59,880 bases of DNA from Minisyncoccota bacterium (GTDB taxonomy: Bacteria > Patescibacteriota > Minisyncoccia > Phycocordibacterales > CAIJYI01), in contig JALNYN010000004.1 in NCBI GenBank assembly GCA_023229825.1, positions 1 through 59,880 of the forward strand, written 5' to 3'. A program made the position numbers and the translations under genes. Positions 52,737 to 59,880 of this stretch are shown here, in pieces (position 1 is the stretch's first letter; each line of letters starts with the position of its first letter). The notes under the pieces are model-generated. The model had not been told where the DNA came from. It saw only the letters and a list, made by a program, of their open reading frames with translations, and searched no databases.

Positions 52737-53220
52737 CGCAACAATGCGCTAATTTATTAATAAGGTCTTCCATGGGGGACGCCTCCCGGGCGGTTTCTTT
52801 CACTCGTTCGCCGCTTATGAGTTTCAGTTTGAGCGCCCAAAAGATGGAGTAGGATTGATACGCTTTTTCGAACATCTCTTTGGCTTCAGTCTTTTTTCCT
52901 TCTGTCTGCAATTTATTGCCAACCTCAAAAAGGCGCATAGCCGTTGCCAACAAATGTTTTGAGATGCACCACGTTTCACCTTCATGTTCCGGCATCAATT
53001 TTTTCAGAAGTTCTTTGCGCATCTCGCGGATCTCGAAAGCCGTATCAAAATATTCGTCTTTTTTCGTTTTCACTCCCGTGAAGAAAAAATGTTCTTCAAG
53101 AGAGATAAGATTCATGACCGCGATGCTCAGATCTTCCGCGGTGGAAAGATCAGCGCCGCCTTTTTCTTTGAGCGCTTCGACGCGAGCTAGAAATTCTTTT
53201 TGGTCCATTGTATTGTCCAT
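52729..53220 (-). CDS. Hypothetical helical protein (163 aa) ending in CCDE
   Basis: ORF translationally coupled on both sides within the metal cluster. Confidence 0.6.
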   Translation of the reverse strand: MDNTMDQKEFLARVEALKEKGGADLSTAEDLSIAVMNLISLEEHFFFTGVKTKKDEYFDTAFEIREMRKELLKKLMPEHEGETWCISKHLLATAMRLFEVGNKLQTEGKKTEAKEMFEKAYQSYSIFWALKLKLISGERVKETAREASPMEDLINKLAHCCDE

Positions 53221-53224
53221 GGTA

Positions 53225-54004
53225 TTAAATAAAGAATATTAATGTTCCGATAATTATCATCGCAAAACCGGCATATATACGTACTTTGCGCATGTTTGTC
53301 TTTTTCCATTCCTCCATCTTTTCCAGAAGGATTTTGTCGGCGGAAGCGAAAAGCACAAGGATGAGCGGTGAAACCAGGATGATATTGTAAAGAAAAAGAT
53401 ATCCGAATCCCGCATAGTACGAAGCCTGATCTCGCAGAAGCCCGATAACCATGAGATAGGGTCCGCCCATGCACGGGAATTGACATATCCCAACGAGAAG
53501 GCCCAAGCCGAAAGCCGCCGGAACGGATGCTTTTTCCATAAGCGCCGCCATAGCCCGATGCGACCCCTCCGGCAAGCGAAGTTTTATGGGAAAACGCGGA
53601 ACAAAAACACCAAGAAGATTGATCATTCCGAACATGATGAGCAGAGAAGCACCGAGCATTCCCATAAAATGCGGGGTGTTAAAGATATGCAGCACTTTGA
53701 GGATTCCAAGGCCGATCAGAAAATATGCGACGAATATTCCCGCAATATACACTCCGCCGATCTGCAATATTTTCTTTCGCGGCATTTGCATCCCGAAGAG
53801 AAATGCTATCGTAATAAGCAGAATAGAGAAGGAGCACGGGTGAACGCTGTCCAAGAGCGATGAGATGATGATAAGCGGCAAAAGCCACGACCCTTCCCCG
53901 CTCACCTTCCACAAGAATTGCGATGTACCCGGCATGATCTTCAAGACAAGCACGGCGGCCACCAAGAATATCGCAAGATAAATGATTTTAAGTGAACTTT
54001 TCAT
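53225..54004 (-). CDS. CcdA/DsbD-family thiol:disulfide transporter membrane protein
   Basis: ...LDSVHPCSFSIL... and ...CQFPCMGGPY... cysteine motifs in a 6-TM core. Confidence 0.75.
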   Translation of the reverse strand: MKSSLKIIYLAIFLVAAVLVLKIMPGTSQFLWKVSGEGSWLLPLIIISSLLDSVHPCSFSILLITIAFLFGMQMPRKKILQIGGVYIAGIFVAYFLIGLGILKVLHIFNTPHFMGMLGASLLIMFGMINLLGVFVPRFPIKLRLPEGSHRAMAALMEKASVPAAFGLGLLVGICQFPCMGGPYLMVIGLLRDQASYYAGFGYLFLYNIILVSPLILVLFASADKILLEKMEEWKKTNMRKVRIYAGFAMIIIGTLIFFI

Positions 54005-54006
54005 AT

Positions 54007-54513
54007 TTAAGGAGTTACTTTCGCTTTAAAACCGAATTCGAGAGATCCGCCATTCTCTTCAACAAGGCGTACAACCCTTTCAATCGGTCCCACCCCGGCC
54101 GGGCCATGAGCGTTCGGGTCGAACACCGTTTTGATCGTCCGCGTCTCGCCGGGAAGAATTGTCTCATTCGCGAGAGGAACAAATCCCATTCCCGGCATTT
54201 TAAAGGGCCCTTTTTCAGCCTTTCCCCCCATGAGGTAGGCTTCCGTACACATACAGGAAGTTGTCACGCTTTTGAGAAAGATCTCCTTATCGGTTCGGTT
54301 TGCGACGGTGAATACCGTACTCACCTTTCCGTTCTTCATCGAGATGTTTCCGAAGTCGAAAAAGCTTTCACCCTCAACAGTAAGCGCTGTTTTCGCACCG
54401 TCCACGGGCTTCGCATCCGAGAGTGCGTTATTCTGGAGGCTTCTCCCCCAAAACATGAGCCCGAAAACGAAGGCAAAAACGAGGAACACTATTGTTATTG
54501 TCTTTTTTTCCAT
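54007..54513 (-). CDS. DUF1573-like secreted beta-sandwich protein
   Basis: ...FDFGNISMKNGKVSTVFTVANRTDKEIFLKSVTTSCMCT...PGETRTI.... Confidence 0.7.
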   Translation of the reverse strand: MEKKTITIVFLVFAFVFGLMFWGRSLQNNALSDAKPVDGAKTALTVEGESFFDFGNISMKNGKVSTVFTVANRTDKEIFLKSVTTSCMCTEAYLMGGKAEKGPFKMPGMGFVPLANETILPGETRTIKTVFDPNAHGPAGVGPIERVVRLVEENGGSLEFGFKAKVTP

Positions 54514-54597
54514 GTTTTTTACAGTTCAATACTCATAAAAGACGCTTCAAGGAGCGCCATAAAAATGCACGAAAAAAGCCGTAAGCTTAAATCGCGC

Positions 54598-54993
54598 TTA
54601 AACTGCGGAGGGGCTGTGCTCCAAGAGAGAGAGCCAGTTTAACTTATTGAATTCGAAAGCGGGAGGATCTTTTTCTCGCAAGCGTTTTTCCAAAAATACA
54701 GGCGGACTTATCGCGAGATACCTCCAAAACAATACAGACAATACGAACAACGAGAGCAAAAGAAAGAGCCCGAACATTTGACCCGCCGTAGTCAGAGAAA
54801 ATGCTTGAAAGGCATCAATGTGATGAAAAGCCATTTCGAGAGCGCCGAGCGGACAAAAGCCGCCATCTCCGCTGATATTGGATGCGATACAGCCAACCTC
54901 ACCATGACCCATGGCAAAATCCATGACAAAAAGACCGAAGATGGCCATTCCGGCGAAACCGATAAGCAGTAATAATGTCGCGAAATATTTCAT
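54598..54993 (-). CDS. Small membrane protein (131 aa), first gene of the metal cluster
   Basis: 3 TM, His/Cys-containing loops (MGHGEVGC..., FCPLG, FHH). Confidence 0.55.
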   Translation of the reverse strand: MKYFATLLLLIGFAGMAIFGLFVMDFAMGHGEVGCIASNISGDGGFCPLGALEMAFHHIDAFQAFSLTTAGQMFGLFLLLSLFVLSVLFWRYLAISPPVFLEKRLREKDPPAFEFNKLNWLSLLEHSPSAV

Positions 54994-55033
54994 AAGGTGT
55001 TTTCATTATATCACAAAACCCAAAAATCTCCTA

Positions 55034-55050
55034 ATACCCTGTGGGGGTAT
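55034..55050. promoter_or_regulatory. CsoR-type operator-like GC-tract pseudo-palindrome
   Basis: ATACCCTGTGGGGGTAT lies about 41 nt upstream of the start at 54993 and just upstream of a minus-strand TATAAT. It resembles the TACCC-N-GGGGTA operators I recall for Cu(I)-sensing CsoR repressors. Confidence 0.5.
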
Positions 55051-55115
55051 AAAAATGACCAGAAAAAAGAAGGGTTAAGCCGAAACACATTGAATTATTC
55101 ATAATTTCATGTATT

Positions 55116-55361
55116 ATGAAGATAAATATTATCGTTGGGTCAAGCGTAATAACGCATATGAAAGATCTATTTTTTAAATTTTACGCCAATCTTCCTTTGA
55201 ATTTGCGCAAGGAGATCGTTTTGGACTTGGGCACCGAAAAGGGCGGCCCGATCACTTGGGAAGTCGCCTATCGGGAAATAAACGGAAACACAGAGCTGGG
55301 AAATGAAATTTTATCCAAACTCATTGAATTAAAATTTATCCCGACATCGTCTGATAAATAA
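55116..55361 (+). CDS. Small helical hypothetical protein (start possibly at 55158)
   Basis: 81-aa ORF and a distant paralogue of the next gene (...ITWEVAYREINGNTELGNEILSKL vs ...QMTDIIDQVRNQTEIGKQVIETQL). TTGAAT-16 nt-TATTAT overlaps the first ATG. Confidence 0.5.
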   Translation: MKINIIVGSSVITHMKDLFFKFYANLPLNLRKEIVLDLGTEKGGPITWEVAYREINGNTELGNEILSKLIELKFIPTSSDK

Positions 55362-55366
55362 TAATC

Positions 55367-55600
55367 ATGGAATCAGAAACCATCACAGAGGATATGATAA
55401 ATCTGGTCATAGCTCGCCTCAAAACCATTCCCGAAAATGCCCGGCTTTCTGTCGGCAATTCCGCGCAAATGCAGATGACGGATATAATCGATCAAGTGAG
55501 AAACCAAACGGAAATAGGAAAACAGGTGATCGAAACCCAATTATTTTTTCTGCGCTCGTTAAGCAACCTCCCCACCGAAGATGTATCTGCTGATCACTAG
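55367..55600 (+). CDS. Small helical hypothetical protein (77 aa)
   Basis: ORF 5 nt after the previous gene; it overlaps the next gene by 20 nt. Confidence 0.5.
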   Translation: MESETITEDMINLVIARLKTIPENARLSVGNSAQMQMTDIIDQVRNQTEIGKQVIETQLFFLRSLSNLPTEDVSADH

Positions 55601-56204
55601 ACCGAAACACGACTCCGTAACCCACTATCTATACTACTGGGGCGGTTTGCTTGCGGACGAAGCAAAGAAAAAAGGGCTGCACGTGATCGACCTGGAGAAA
55701 AAGAAAGCGACAAAAAAGAAGCTGGAAAGTTATCTCAAAAAACAACAGCCGGATACTCTCATCTTTAACGGACATGGCGCCCCGGATATCATAACGGGGC
55801 ACGACAACGAGACTCTGGTTGACGCAAATGCAAATGCAGAAATTTTGAAGGATAAAGTAGTATACATGCGTTCGTGTGAATCCGGAAAAGTGCTTGGGCC
55901 GGCCGCCATTAGACAGGGCGCAAAAGCCTTTATCGGATATACCGAACCGTATCAATTTTGGACGCAGGAAGACGCGGTGCGCGAGCCTCTTAAAGATCAA
56001 TTTGCAAAACCTTTTCTCTCGACCTCCAATCAAGTCGGCATTTCACTAATAAAGGGAAAAACACCGAAAGAAGCGCATTCAGACAGCATTGCCGTGTACA
56101 AAAAAGAAATTGCCCAACTTTTAAAAAGCGATTCCGAAAACGCCTTTTTAGCCACGACGCTTATGTGGAACATGCGGCATCAGGTTTGTCTTACGCAAAA
56201 GTAA
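55581..56204 (+). CDS. Minimal caspase-fold (clan CD-like) protein
   Basis: ...DTLIFNGHGAPD... and ...VVYMRSCESG... are spaced like the His-Gly / Cys catalytic dyad of clan CD peptidases (caspase/gingipain/CHAT). Motif-level inference only. Confidence 0.45.
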   Translation: MYLLITRPKHDSVTHYLYYWGGLLADEAKKKGLHVIDLEKKKATKKKLESYLKKQQPDTLIFNGHGAPDIITGHDNETLVDANANAEILKDKVVYMRSCESGKVLGPAAIRQGAKAFIGYTEPYQFWTQEDAVREPLKDQFAKPFLSTSNQVGISLIKGKTPKEAHSDSIAVYKKEIAQLLKSDSENAFLATTLMWNMRHQVCLTQK

Positions 56205-56262
56205 ACCCGACACTGTTGTTGAGACGATTTGATTCTTTTTTATAGTTTTTTTTGTGTAAACA

Positions 56263-56799
56263 TTACCGATTCTTTATCCCGCGATTGACAACAGAGATTA
56301 AATTCTCAAAACCAAATATCACATTTGAAAGTGCCCCTTTGGAACCGGAAAGAATACCGCTTTCATCATCAGGTAGGCCATCGTTGACCAAATCAGCAAT
56401 TTCGTCCAACAGTTTCTCAATCTTCGTGAATTTTTCTTCTGATATCGTAAAAATACTGTTGACCGCTCTCGTATTGTTCATATGGGCGATCACTTCGTTT
56501 ATATCTTTTCTTATATCAAAATATCTGCCTTCAGTAGCAATCTTCGCCTTCGGGTTTGTCTTAGATAAAGATGGCACTGCGTCGTGTCTTGTTTCAAAAA
56601 AGACTTTTCTGATACTCATTAGACAATGGTTTAGATGAGCAAAGGAGGCGAAAATATAAAATGGTGATATCGCTTTTTCGTCAACGAGTGTGTCGTCTGA
56701 ATTTTGTGCTATTTTTTTATATTCCTTTGCAATTTCAAAAGACGTCCTTGCGATCGCGAGTTCGTTTTTAAGTAATGGTAAATTATTTTTCATTTTCAA
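56263..56799 (-). CDS. Hypothetical helical protein (178 aa)
   Basis: ORF only; no family recognised. Confidence 0.5.
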   Translation of the reverse strand: MKMKNNLPLLKNELAIARTSFEIAKEYKKIAQNSDDTLVDEKAISPFYIFASFAHLNHCLMSIRKVFFETRHDAVPSLSKTNPKAKIATEGRYFDIRKDINEVIAHMNNTRAVNSIFTISEEKFTKIEKLLDEIADLVNDGLPDDESGILSGSKGALSNVIFGFENLISVVNRGIKNR

Positions 56800-56804
56800 T
56801 CAAT

Positions 56805-57260
56805 AACCCCGGGGCAAAGCCCCGAGGTATGACCGGAGGCATTGCTTACTCGAATAATTTTAACTGCGGAGTTTCACCCATCGTCTTTCCCTGCTCCGCT
56901 ACATACTTTTCAACTACGTGCCAATTCCCCCGCTCGCCGACCGTTGCAAAGTAGAAACCGTCGCTCCAAAACTCTCCTCCCCACAATTCTTTTCTGAGCT
57001 CGGGAAATTTCTTGAATAGTTGCTTGGCGGTAATACTTTTGAAAATTCTGACAACCTGCGAACCTCCGTATTTTGGAGGAAAGGATACGAGCGGGATCTC
57101 GTCGGTAAGTAACGATTTGCGGTATTTTACGGGAAAGACGATCTGGTAGTGAGCGGTATACGCATTGTGACGAGTTTTGACGACAGCCATGCCTCTATTA
57201 TATCTTGGAAACCAAGGGTTTCCAAACCTTCCTATACGGACGCGCGGCAGAGCCGCGTGG
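56805..57260 (-). mobile_element. Decayed IS200/IS605-family element
   Basis: A tnpA remnant flanked by subterminal hairpins: cggggc-aaa-gccccg (about 56807..56827), ttggaaacc-aag-ggtttccaa (57205..57225) and cgcggc-agag-gccgcg (57243..57257). Confidence 0.65.
56846..57190 (-). pseudogene. tnpA: IS200-type Y1 transposase TnpA with an in-frame deletion of the HuH motif region
   Basis: YQIVFPVKYRKSLL... jumps directly to ...VSFPPKYGGSQVV...FWSDGFYFATVG...VEKYVAEQ. About 30 aa, including the HxH (HuH) motif, are missing relative to the canonical TnpA I recall. Confidence 0.65.
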
Positions 57261-57267
57261 AATCAAG

Positions 57268-58317
57268 TTAAACGTATATATCTAATTTTTGTTTTACATA
57301 AGCATCGTTCAAACCTTCCCCATATTCAAAATAGATCAGTGGAATATTTTCTTTTTTACAAATTTGTTTCTTTTTCTTGTCCCGTTCTTTTAGCCGCTCA
57401 AAGGATTCTTCTCCACCCCAGTGTTTTATTGGTTTATAATGCTGAATACCTTGATATTCAATACCTACCCTAATTTCTTTAAGATATATATCTAGTTCTA
57501 ACCCACCAAGAAAAGCGGGGCGATAATGACGATAAATAGTGTACTGCGGGTATAATTTTTTTATGATGTAATACAGAATGGTTTCGCTTGTCCAAGCTTC
57601 GCCTACTTTCTTATGCCCAAACTTCATTCGAACTTCGTTTTCAATCACGTTATTGATTTTTCTTTTATATTTTGATATTTTTTCAAACAACCCGAGTCTT
57701 TCCATAACTAAAATCGGGGATTGGTTCGCTTGTTCAGCTTGAAAGAATAATTCTATTTCTTTAGTTAATAAATCTACCCTCTTTAGCATCTCATTAAAAT
57801 CAGGATTTTCAATAAGCGATAATAACTCGTCCGAACATGCCCCCAAAACAACCATTTTATTTTTGTATCTATCAAAACCCCACTCAAAAGATTGTTTGTT
57901 TATATACCAGCCATAATTTTGTTTAAAAGCCCCACCATACATCTCGTGGCAATAACGATAAGACGGGGTTTGTAGATTACATTCATGGCAAAGTTTCTCT
58001 GAAAAATTTAAAACAGATAACACTTTATCCGTTTCCACACTTCTTGACATTAGAGCCTCTACTATCGGAAGTGGAAAATTTAAAGAATCCAGTACATACA
58101 TTCTGTGCTTGTTGATATTTTTGGGAATTGGAGTTAATTTTCTTATTTTTATATAGTTTTCAATCGCTTCGTATGCGCAAGAACAAAAATATGCATTGGA
58201 TTTTTCATCTTTTTTAAAGGCGAAAAACGCTCCGTAATGACCCGGATATAAAACAATAGGAAAAGGAAGATTTTCTTTCGCTATTATGCTTGACTTAAAT
58301 GCAATTTCCTTTTCCAT
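57268..58317 (-). CDS. Hypothetical protein with Cys-rich N-terminal half and a C-terminal PD-(D/E)xK-like nuclease domain
   Basis: ...GGLELDIYLKEIRVGIEYQGIQHY... is a typical D...E-x-(K/Q) core seen in Vsr/DUF559-like endonuclease folds. CHECN...YCHE is in the N-terminal half. Confidence 0.55.
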   Translation of the reverse strand: MEKEIAFKSSIIAKENLPFPIVLYPGHYGAFFAFKKDEKSNAYFCSCAYEAIENYIKIRKLTPIPKNINKHRMYVLDSLNFPLPIVEALMSRSVETDKVLSVLNFSEKLCHECNLQTPSYRYCHEMYGGAFKQNYGWYINKQSFEWGFDRYKNKMVVLGACSDELLSLIENPDFNEMLKRVDLLTKEIELFFQAEQANQSPILVMERLGLFEKISKYKRKINNVIENEVRMKFGHKKVGEAWTSETILYYIIKKLYPQYTIYRHYRPAFLGGLELDIYLKEIRVGIEYQGIQHYKPIKHWGGEESFERLKERDKKKKQICKKENIPLIYFEYGEGLNDAYVKQKLDIYV

Positions 58318-58335
58318 AAAATACTCGCATTATTA

Positions 58336-58800
58336 TTATTTTTTAACCGCCCTAATTGAATCTTCTAGTTGTTTTTGAGAAGTAATAAGTTCCTCAGTAA
58401 GAGGAAATGGCGAATCAATGATTTTTCCACCTGAAACAAGAAGCATATTATCCAAACTTAAAATATCAATAGTCCAATTATCTTTATTTTGAAGATCACC
58501 CCCTTTACCAAACATCACAAGAAAAAAATGAGATCTTAGCAACGCACCAAATCCATTTTGAGAATCCACATCACCAAAAGCAATATATTTGTTTTCCTGC
58601 GTTGTTTGTTTTTCTACTATAATTTCTGGAAATTGAGCTGAACCAGGAGATTTTAAAAACGAAGAGACAATTTGTTTTACTGCATTCTCAACTTGCAATG
58701 TTTCTTGGGGTGCTTTTTTTGAGGATTTGCTAAAAACAAAAAAACCAGCAATGAGCAATAAAACAATCACCACAAGGCCAACAATTCTTTTATATGACAT
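58336..58800 (-). CDS. Membrane-anchored hypothetical protein (154 aa)
   Basis: N-terminal TM IVGLVVIVLLLIAGFFVF. No family recognised. Confidence 0.55.
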   Translation of the reverse strand: MSYKRIVGLVVIVLLLIAGFFVFSKSSKKAPQETLQVENAVKQIVSSFLKSPGSAQFPEIIVEKQTTQENKYIAFGDVDSQNGFGALLRSHFFLVMFGKGGDLQNKDNWTIDILSLDNMLLVSGGKIIDSPFPLTEELITSQKQLEDSIRAVKK

Positions 58801-58837
58801 GGTTTATTCAAGATTTTTTTTAATTTATAATTAATTT

Positions 58838-59689
58838 TTATTTTTTAACAATTTTTGGTAATTTTTTATTCTGCCCACTCATTAAAATCTTTGCGTTTCT
58901 TGTTGTTATCACGCTTTCTCCCGTTTGTTTTTCTATTTCAATTCTTGCTTTCTTGGCGGCAAGACCTCCGGCGCGGGCGACTTGTTTGTTGCTTTCTATC
59001 CCTTTGGGTTTTTTCTTTTTGGAAATTTCGGTCGTGGAAACTTCAGCGAGGGTGTTTAGCGCAAGTTCAAGATTCGTCATGTTGTCGCGCAAGTTTTCCT
59101 TTTTCAACCCTTTGAATTTTTTGTAATCTTTAACGCTTCTGTCCGACCATGCTTTTGTTATTTCATCGGTCAATAGTGCAAACTCCAAATCCTCCTTTAT
59201 TCCTCGCTCTCCCCACTCGCCGATCAGGTCTTTTCTTACTTCGATGCTTTTGAGGCGCTGGTTCACCCATTTCTCGGAATAACCTTTCTGCAAGTATGTT
59301 TTCATCGCACGGTCAAAAGAAAGCTCCGGGTCTTCCATTTCTTCCATTCGTTCATACCCGACTTTCGCAAGCCAGAGTTTGAACGGTTCCGCCTTCGGGG
59401 AAGGAATTGACTGGATAAGCCTTAAAAGCGTTTCCGTGTCCGTCACGTCGGTAAGATACATTTTTCCGTCTGGCGATTCCATTTTCAGTTGTCCGATTTT
59501 TGCGGACAACTGACTTCCCTCGCAGGACAGCTTTTTCTTCAAATCATTCCAGTATTTTCTTGGTCGTTTGTTTTCTGCCAAAACTTCGATCACATCAATG
59601 ATTGAAAAATACCAAAGCTCTTTTTCTTCATCCCAAACGCGACGAACTTCTTTTTGATTAAATAACGTGATTGAATTTGTTTTTTTCAT
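58838..59689 (-). CDS. Bro-N / DinD-like (DNA-damage-inducible protein D family) protein
   Basis: N-terminal ...FNQKEVRRVWDEEKELWYFSIIDVIEVL... (Bro-N-like). ...KFKGLKKENLRDNMTNLELALNTLAEVST... resembles the DinD segment RKGLKKNQKILDHMGSTELAANLF that I recall. Confidence 0.65.
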   Translation of the reverse strand: MKKTNSITLFNQKEVRRVWDEEKELWYFSIIDVIEVLAENKRPRKYWNDLKKKLSCEGSQLSAKIGQLKMESPDGKMYLTDVTDTETLLRLIQSIPSPKAEPFKLWLAKVGYERMEEMEDPELSFDRAMKTYLQKGYSEKWVNQRLKSIEVRKDLIGEWGERGIKEDLEFALLTDEITKAWSDRSVKDYKKFKGLKKENLRDNMTNLELALNTLAEVSTTEISKKKKPKGIESNKQVARAGGLAAKKARIEIEKQTGESVITTRNAKILMSGQNKKLPKIVKK

Positions 59690-59709
59690 AAGTTATTTTT
59701 TTGTCATGT

Positions 59710-59880
59710 TATACTATCCAATTAACTCAATCACTTTCGTCGTCATTCCGGCCCCACCCTCCGCCAAGGCTACGGCGTGGCGAGGCGTGAGCCGGAATCC
59801 ACTTTTATCGTTACTCCCCGTGGATCCCGTGTCCCTCCGCCAGCTGGCGGAACGGGATGACGAATGGGAAGTGGTTAGTT
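59710..59880. repeat. Inverted copy of the composite REP-like element at 10196..10330, with nested hairpin insertions (runs off the window)
   Basis: tatactatc.caattaactcaatcac...cgtcattccggcc[31-nt insert]gagccggaatccac...ccccgtggatcccgtgtc[18-nt insert]acgggatgacgaatgggaagtggttagtt is the reverse complement of the 10.2-kb copy, apart from insertions in both hairpin loops. Confidence 0.8.

Noticed and set aside
55100-59700. Prophage.
   Set aside because: The only phage-associated content is a Bro-N/DinD-like gene and a nuclease. There are no integrase, capsid, terminase or att-like direct repeats. It is treated as a small accessory islet instead.
1-59880. Alternative genetic code (UGA recoding, as in some CPR lineages).
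   Set aside because: All conserved genes translate full length with the standard code in the supplied ORF track, and the stop codons I checked are TAA or TAG. There is no evidence for in-frame UGA.

Overview
This 59.9-kb window is gene-dense and moderately AT-rich, with about 90% of genes on the minus strand. It looks like a small-genome, CPR/Parcubacteria-like bacterium. That placement is an inference from gene content: rplK has no rplA downstream, there is a T4SS-pilin-like two-TM protein, and there are very large secreted beta-helix/protease proteins.

Core genes I can support:
- rpsF-ssb-rpsR, tatD, metG, recO, ileS and argS.
- A five-gene dTMP-synthesis block (dCMP deaminase, dut, thyA, folA, tmk).
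- secE-nusG-rplK, uppP, ftsH and an MgtA-like P-type ATPase.
- A roughly 7-kb metal (copper)/thiol-disulfide cluster preceded by a CsoR-type operator-like palindrome.

Accessory content:
- Two giant secreted beta-helix metalloproteases, one a metzincin and one M6-like.
- A 3' accessory islet (55.1-59.7 kb) with a decayed IS200-like element, a PD-(D/E)xK-like nuclease, a Bro-N/DinD-like protein and a minimal caspase-fold (clan CD-like) protein.

Most interesting observations:
1. An intact histidine-phosphatase (PGAM-like) domain is inserted inside IleRS.
2. A metzincin plus partner-gene module is followed by an orphan metzincin C-terminal fragment and a second partner paralogue, an architecture like polymorphic effector/immunity loci.
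3. A tight operon encodes a 53-aa peptide, an extended TldD-like metallopeptidase and an unknown protein.
4. The repeat landscape is rich and unusual. It includes intergenic hairpins whose arms are locus-specific 6-9-nt tandem words around CG-rich cores. It also includes GC hairpin families with conserved flanks, and palindromic elements inserted in frame into argS and an AlkD-like gene. A composite two-hairpin element is present at 10.2 kb and, inverted, at 59.7 kb.

I saw no rRNA, tRNA or CRISPR array. All coordinates of hairpins and repeats were counted by hand and may be off by 1-3 nt. All family assignments come from motif recognition, not database searches.
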